A DNA stretch of 64,000 nt, taken from the NCBI RefSeq assembly GCF_009914755.1, contig NC_060945.1; one strand, written 5' to 3'. Made by a program: the position numbers and the translations under genes. A model generated the notes under the pieces. That model had not been told where the DNA came from, did not search any database, and saw only the letters and a program-made list of their open reading frames with translations. Shown one piece after another: positions 59,527-64,000 of this stretch; the stretch's first letter is position 1, and each line of letters starts with the position of its first letter. The stretch comes from the human T2T-CHM13v2.0 reference genome, Homo sapiens.

Positions 59527-59883
59527 TTAAAGTACTGAAGGGAAAAAGAAAACTTTTACCCTAGAATGGTGTATTCAGTGAAAATATACTTCAAACATGA
59601 AGGAGAAATAAAGACTTTCCCAGACAAACAAAAGCTGAAGGATTTCATCAACACCAGACCTGTCCCATAAGAAATGCCAAAGGGAACACTTCAATCAGAA
59701 GGAAAAGGACATTCATGAGCAATAAATAATCACATGAAGGTACAAAACCCACTGGGAATAGTAAATACACAGAAAAACACAGAGTATTATAACACTGTGA
59801 CTGTGTTGTATAAACTGCTCTTATCCTTAGTAGAAAAACTAAACAATGAACCAATCCAAAATTATAACTCCAACAACTTTTCA

Positions 59884-60017
<134 letters not shown>

Positions 60018-60187
60018 TGAAGAAAAGCCCAGGAGGTGGCTTCACTGCTGAATCTACCAAACATTTAAGAAGAACTAATACCAAACCTGCTCAAACTATT
60101 CTGAAAAACAGAGAAGGAGGGAATACTTTCAAACTTATTCTATAAGGTCAGTATTACCCTGTTACCAAAACCAGAAAATGACACATG

Positions 60188-60192
60188 AAGGA

Positions 60193-60252
<60 letters not shown>

Positions 60253-60315
60253 GAAAGAGAAAGAAAGAGAGAGACAGAAAGAAAGAAAGAAAAAAGAAAG
60301 AAAGAAACAAAGAAA

Positions 60316-60371
<56 letters not shown>

Positions 60372-60385
60372 GAAGAAAAAGAAAA
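60188..60385 (+). repeat. Compound (GAAA)n microsatellite expanded within L1 ORF2
   Basis: About 200 bp at the A-rich site preceding gaaaactacaggccaatatc. Confidence 0.96.
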
Positions 60386-61062
60386 CTACAGGCCAATATC
60401 TCTGATGAATACTGATGCAAAAATCCTCAACAAAATACCAGCAAACTGAATTCACCATTACATTAGAAAGATCATTCATCATGACCAAGTGGGATTTATC
60501 CCTGGGATTCAAGGATGGTTCAACATATGCAAATCAATCAATGTGATACATCACATCACAGAATAGAAGATAAAAATCATATGATCATTTCAACTGATGC
60601 TGAAAAAGCATTTGATAAAATTAAACGTCTTTTCATGATAAAAACCCTCAAAAAACTGGGAGTAGAAGGAACATACCTCAACACAAAAAAGCTATATTTG
60701 ACAGACCCATAGCTAGTATTATATTGAATAGGGGAAAACTGCAATTCTTTTCTCTAAGATCTGTAGCATGACAAGGATGCCTACTGTCACCACTGCTATT
60801 CAACATAGTACTGGAAGTCCTAGCTAGAGCAGTCAGACAAGAGGAAGACATAATAGGCATCCAAATTGGAAAGAAATAAGCCAAATTATCTTTGTTTGCA
60901 GAAAATATGACCTTATATTTGGAAAAACCTAAAGATTCCACAAGAAAACTATTAAAACTGATAAATAAATTCAATAAAGTTTCAGGATACAAAATCAACA
61001 TACAAAAATCAGTAGCATGTTTATATGCCAACAATGAAAAATCTGAAAAAGAAATTTTTTCA

Positions 61063-61195
61063 GCTGAGGTGGGAGGATCGCTAGAGCCTAGGAGGTCAAG
61101 GCTGCAGTAAGCCATGATCACACCACTGCACTCTACCCTGGCATTGATGTAGTGAAACCCTGGGTGACAGTGAGACCGTGTCTCAAAAAATAAAA
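61063..61195 (+). mobile_element. AluJ right-arm fragment
   Basis: gctgaggtgggaggatcgctagagcctaggaggtcaaggctgcagt...gtgagaccgtgtctcaaaaaa. Confidence 0.85.
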
Positions 61196-61324
61196 GTATA
61201 TCACATTGCTTCTTTCTCCTCTTCCTTCTCTCCCTCTCTCTCCTTCTTCATCTCTTTCTTTTCTCCTCCGTCTTCCTTCTTATTTTTCTTCTTCATTTCC
61301 TTCTTCTCTACCAGCAGCAGCACC

Positions 61325-61455
61325 AGCATATCTAACATACAATGAGCCTTTCCTATATGCCAGGCACTGTGTCCAAAGCTTTACACATATTAACTCATTT
61401 AATTTTCATAACCACCCATTTAATGAGTGGGAAGACTGAGGCATATGACAGAACT
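61325..61455 (-). mobile_element. MIR fragment preceded by CT-rich low complexity (61208-61310)
   Basis: tatatgccaggcactgt...catattaactcatttaattttcataacc. Confidence 0.75.
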
Positions 61456-61759
61456 GTCCTGCAAACTATACTGGCCATTGCACTGTGTTTGTGTATTTAC
61501 TAATTGATTGGCACTTAAGGCTGTATCAATAGCTATATCAATGTCAGGGGAGGGGGAATTATAACTGGGCAAACAGACCCCTAGTTTGCAGACAGCTTCC
61601 TGATATGGGATAGACATGGAAGAGCCATTCAAACAGGCCATGCTCCTGGTCCCAAGTGCACCACCAGGGGTCAGGATGTACACTTTAGGCCTAAAAGGGA
61701 AAGCTATATGCTGATCATTGCTGTTTCCCGTGAACCCATTTTGATTATGGGAAGTACAG

Positions 61760-62157
61760 TATATTAGTCCATTATTGCACTGCTATAAAGACCTGAGGTT
61801 GGGTAATTTATAAAGAGAAGAAATTTAATTGGCTCACGGTTCTGCAGGCTGTACAGGAAGCATAGAAGCTTCTGGGGAGGCCTCAGGAAACTTGAAATCA
61901 TGGGGGAAGGTGAAGGGAAGCAGGCACATCTTACATGGCCAGAGCAGAAGGAAGGTGGTGGGGGAGGCGTCATACACTTTTAAACAATCTGATGTCGAGA
62001 ACTCACTCACTATACAGTACCAAAGGGAGATGGTGCTAAACCATTCATGACACCTTCACCCCATGATCCAATCACCTCTCCCTGGACCTGACCTCTACCA
62101 CTGGGGATTACAATTCGACTTGAGATTTGGGTGGAGACACAGACCCAAACCATAGCA
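61760..62157 (-). mobile_element. MSTA solo LTR
   Basis: tattagtccatt...ggctcacggttctgcaggctgtacaggaagcat...gagatttgggtggagacacagacccaaaccatagca. Confidence 0.88.
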
Positions 62158-64000
62158 TATGGACAAGGTGTACAAAGCAGCAAGTCATGCAAATTGCAGC
62201 TGGAATAGACATCCTCCTGTTTGCTCCATCCAGGCAGTACCCTGGGGCCCCAGGCCTGTCCTTTCTCTTGGTGGATCAGCATATTTCTCCATGCATACCC
62301 TCCTTACCACCAGTTCAGCACTAACATCCTTGAGGGTATAGGCCATAGTACCCATGGCCCCGATACAATGATGATCACACGGGACCCTGTGGAAAGAGAA
62401 ACGACGAGAATACAAGCAGCAGAGCCTGGATGCTGATGGGCACCAAAGAGGGCGACACCCTCAGGCAGCTCTGCTGAGCCCGCCCCCACCCAGTGCAAAA
62501 CAGGTGACTGGTCTGCACTCCGTGATTTATAAGGTACTTTCATGCTTTGCAAGCTGGGGTCCTTGTTCATTACTTGTAAGTATCTACATCTATTTTCTTT
62601 GGGCCACTTTCTTTTCTGTCATGTATCTGTGAAAGTTTCTGTTCTCTCTCTCTCTCTTCATGTAAAATCATTCTGCCTGTCTTCTGTGAAACTTCTGTGA
62701 TGCACGTAGCTCATTGACCCAAGGAGATGCATCTTCTCAGAGAGGGAGGCATGAATATTTCTAATAGATAAATGTCCTAATAGAGAAAGTTGGCCATTAC
62801 ATCTGCCCTATAGGGGTAGAAAAAAAGCTTCATGCAGGTGGTGACTTTTGCTATGAACCTTAAAGTAGGAAATAGGAAAATAGCTGGAGTATGGAGAAAT
62901 ACTTGGACAGTAAAAAGAGAAAAGGAAGCTAAACAGAACACAAGGGGATAGGTCTGATTGAAGACAAATACAGCATGTGGAACTTCACAATCAGGTGTGT
63001 GAGGCCCAGGAAATCAAATGGAGAAGGTATAAGACAAACTACCCGACTCCAAACATCTCTACCCCATTTGTAAGGGCAGCAGATGAGAATATAGACAGAA
63101 ATTTTCCATCTGTGTGTTTCCAAAAATTACATGTGGTGGAAGCAGTAAATAATCATATCCACAAAATATGTGGGTTTGTGACCGACTGAAAAGTTGTTCA
63201 CATCTCACCAGTCCTCTATTTAGTAGAGTCAAAAATCCTTTAAATCTCTACCATGAGACTCTACAGAAAGGAAAACGGTGATGAAGTTGAACTTCACACA
63301 AAATTAAAAAAAAAAATTCTGCCCCTATAGTGAGGCCATTGAACAATGCTAATTGTGCAAGCTTTAGCTCCAGGTTTGCTTTCAAAGATGTGGGGAGAGG
63401 GAGGAGCAGCTGGAAGGAGCCAGAGGGGGAGGGAGGAAGGAAAAATCAGGTCTCAGTGTGAGCATGGGAACGCAATGCACCTCTCAGAAATAATTCCTAA
63501 ATCATCTCATGCTCCTAGAAAGGAACAAACAACTACTTTTAATCACATGTTTCTAAAAGAGAAATACCAGCATTTACAAAATTCAAAAAACTCTGAGGAT
63601 GCAAAACTGTGGCCAGTTATGCCGCAGCACGGAGTGAGTGACAATGACCAGCCACCTTGAAAAGGGATGTTATAATTGAGCCACTGACAGAGCCCTAACT
63701 GGGGCAGCGCCGCTGGGTGCCTCTAGAACATGGTGCATTTTAATTGCCGATGCTGGCATTTATTTGATGTCTTTGGCTGGTTCAGAGTCCTTTTATAACA
63801 ATCCTATTTGACCACAAATCAGGTACAAATAAAAAAGTCAGCCACAATGTCCTCACTCCTAAAGGCAGCTGTATTATTTTACAGGTATTCAATATTTAAA
63901 TGTTAATGAAGGTGGGACTAGGATGGAATACGGACAGAAGGGAAGTGAGAAGAATTGAACTTGTTTTGAAATAAGCAGGTGGACTGGAAGGAGGGGAGGC

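Overview
Primate, almost certainly human, non-coding DNA (intronic or intergenic). The species call rests on a near-consensus AluYa5 at 49410-49716. I recognise no protein-coding gene, RNA gene or processed pseudogene. All long ORFs in the track come from low-complexity DNA, Alus, L1 or dead Tigger1 transposase. By eye, more than half the window is interspersed repeat: nested old L1M/L1PA/L1PB pieces, about 20 Alus, solo LTRs (MER21, LTR47-like, MER41A, THE1D, MSTA, MLT1), a full-length Tigger1, a Tigger2 derivative, MER58, MIR and L2. There are also two large CA-rich arrays and three polypurine tracts. Repeat subfamily names come from recalled consensus sequences, not from a database search. 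The best second-look candidates are: (1) a CpG-enriched unique element at ~43.2-43.7 kb with a near-perfect RFX X-box, several MYB-type sites and two abutting inverted repeats, which may be a germline or ciliated-cell promoter/enhancer; (2) a ~22.5-32 kb domain where old repeats carry unexpectedly many CpGs; (3) several short + strand candidate exons; (4) a young, possibly polymorphic AluYa5. I cannot demonstrate a novel biological system from the sequence alone.
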